Source of the DNA: Chrysemys picta bellii
Lineage: Eukaryota
Assembly (NCBI RefSeq): GCF_011386835.1
Contig: NC_088797.1
Location: forward strand, 41,726,001 to 41,790,000
DNA: 64,000 bases
Reading direction: 5' to 3'
Position numbers and translations under genes: made by a program. Position 1 is the stretch's first letter; every line of letters starts with the position of its first letter. The notes below the pieces were generated by a model. That model was not told where the DNA came from and ran no database searches. It saw only the letters and a program-made list of their open reading frames with translations. Shown here in pieces: positions 62,326 to 64,000 of the stretch.

Positions 62326-64000
62326 AAATATCACATCAAAGTTGTCTTCACTGGATCAGCATACATCTCATGTAACTGGTCTGATCTCCACTTTGTATGG
62401 ATATGTGTAAAATGGGGTGGCTTATGGTTATCCACTTCTGTAACAGAAACTTCTATGTTCTTGTCCAATTAGAAACCAATTTTCTATATGAATTCTACAT
62501 AAATTCTCACTCTCTTCAAAGAAAGTACACCCAGTGGTTTGAAAAAGTAATACTCAAACTTTATTAAAACAGTCTGAGGATAAGTTACATGGAAAACTCA
62601 AAATAGATACTTCTATATAATCAGATGGTGAAACAATAATGCCTTTAAAAATATAAACAACTCTTCTAACAGAGAGAGAATCATTCAAGTTCCTCAATAA
62701 GTTGCTACTGGTCAGTGGCCCATCTGTCTCCAGAGAAAAACGATATCCTGATGAACATATACTGTAGTACACTGTAGCTGACCACATTATTGATATATAT
62801 CTTAAAAGACTAAGTCAATGCATACAAAGACTAAGTCAATTAAGCTGTACTGGACCATTAGGACAATTAAACTAGTTTAAATATACAAAACTAAAAAAAA
62901 TTAAGTTTCTACACAACTGCATCTAAGGATGTAAGAAAATGTTTTATGATTGCTCAACTATTCACTAGTCCATAATCATTTCCAGTGTTTCTGAGCACCC
63001 ACAACTGGTTGAGCTTGATGCAGCTCTCCTCACCATACTATCTGAGTGCTTTAAAGACAATGGGATATATTGGAAGTTGAGAACCTCAGAAAAAGGAGGC
63101 CATTCAGGTGCCTAAGTACAAATCTGAATGTCCAGCAACAGGCACCAAAGTTGATAATATCATCTTCACTCATCTAATGCATACAGCAAAGTTGCCTTTC
63201 CTAACTACTGCTCAATGAGATATGTTTGTCCTTATATCCAAATGCCCACTGCCATATTGGTTGTGTTGTGACTGCCATTTTGGGTCGACCTCTTTAGATG
63301 TCAGTTGGCATCAACAATTTCCCCTCTTTGGAAAGATTGAACTTTGCTTGCTTCTTCTTCTGCACAAAAGCACCAAGAGTCAATGTGATGGCTTCAAATT
63401 GCCCTCGCTGTTCTGGATAACCATGATTGCAATATAAATGCTGAGACTTCCTATTCCTGATGTTCTTACATGATTTGGGATGGAATCTCTCTCTCTGTCT
63501 TTCCCCCCATGGGGCTTCATCCTGCAAGGTGCTGAATACCCTCAATGCCAATTAAGTTAAACAGAAGTGGAGGACACACATGTATTGTTTATGAGTGACA
63601 TTCAGTTACAAAAATGTAAGTGCTTGCTGTAAATTTGAATTAATGTAACAAGAGGATACTCAGCCCCTGGGAGGATTTAGCCCTAAATGGAGTGGGAAGG
63701 TTGCTAGGCTGCTCCCTTTCTGTAACATTCCCATCCGCTTTCTCCAAGATCCAGAATTAGATGCCTAAAAGGAACTAAATTGATATCCTAGCTCACCTAT
63801 CCAGCCTTATTCCTCCAGTCACATGTGTGAAAATCCACATCATTGACTCCATGACCTATATTTCACCATGACAGTAAACAAAGCAACAGTCGGCAAGACA
63901 ACAAAGTTGACAATCAGTTACCACCAGGTGGAATCTTAACATGTGTTCATATTTACATGAATAAAAAATATGGCTATCAAGCTATTACAAAAATTAATTG

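Overview
This window is non-coding vertebrate DNA, very likely from a turtle. That assignment rests on PsCR1-type CR1 LINEs, a tortoise PolIII-type SINE, turtle-type Penelope ends and hAT/Harbinger MITEs, all recognised from memory without a database search. No intact host protein-coding gene is recognisable; only a few low-confidence splice-signal-bounded segments were found. Roughly a third of the window is recognisable transposable element. The most unusual structure is a Gmr1-type (SCAN-gag, integrase-before-RT) Gypsy LTR retrotransposon at about 11146-16450 that is circularly permuted: RT-RNaseH-PPT-single LTR-PBS-gag-PR-IN. Its two ends meet within a few codons of each other in the IN-RT linker, and a 53-bp inverted LTR terminus caps the left junction. 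Other notable items are Penelope-like remnants carrying minimal hammerhead ribozyme motifs (one with an intact core at 44952-44990), a Penelope fold-back with a 13-bp TSD, two unrelated solo LTRs, and several multi-level nested insertions with readable TSDs. All coordinates were read by eye, and fuzzy ends are approximate.
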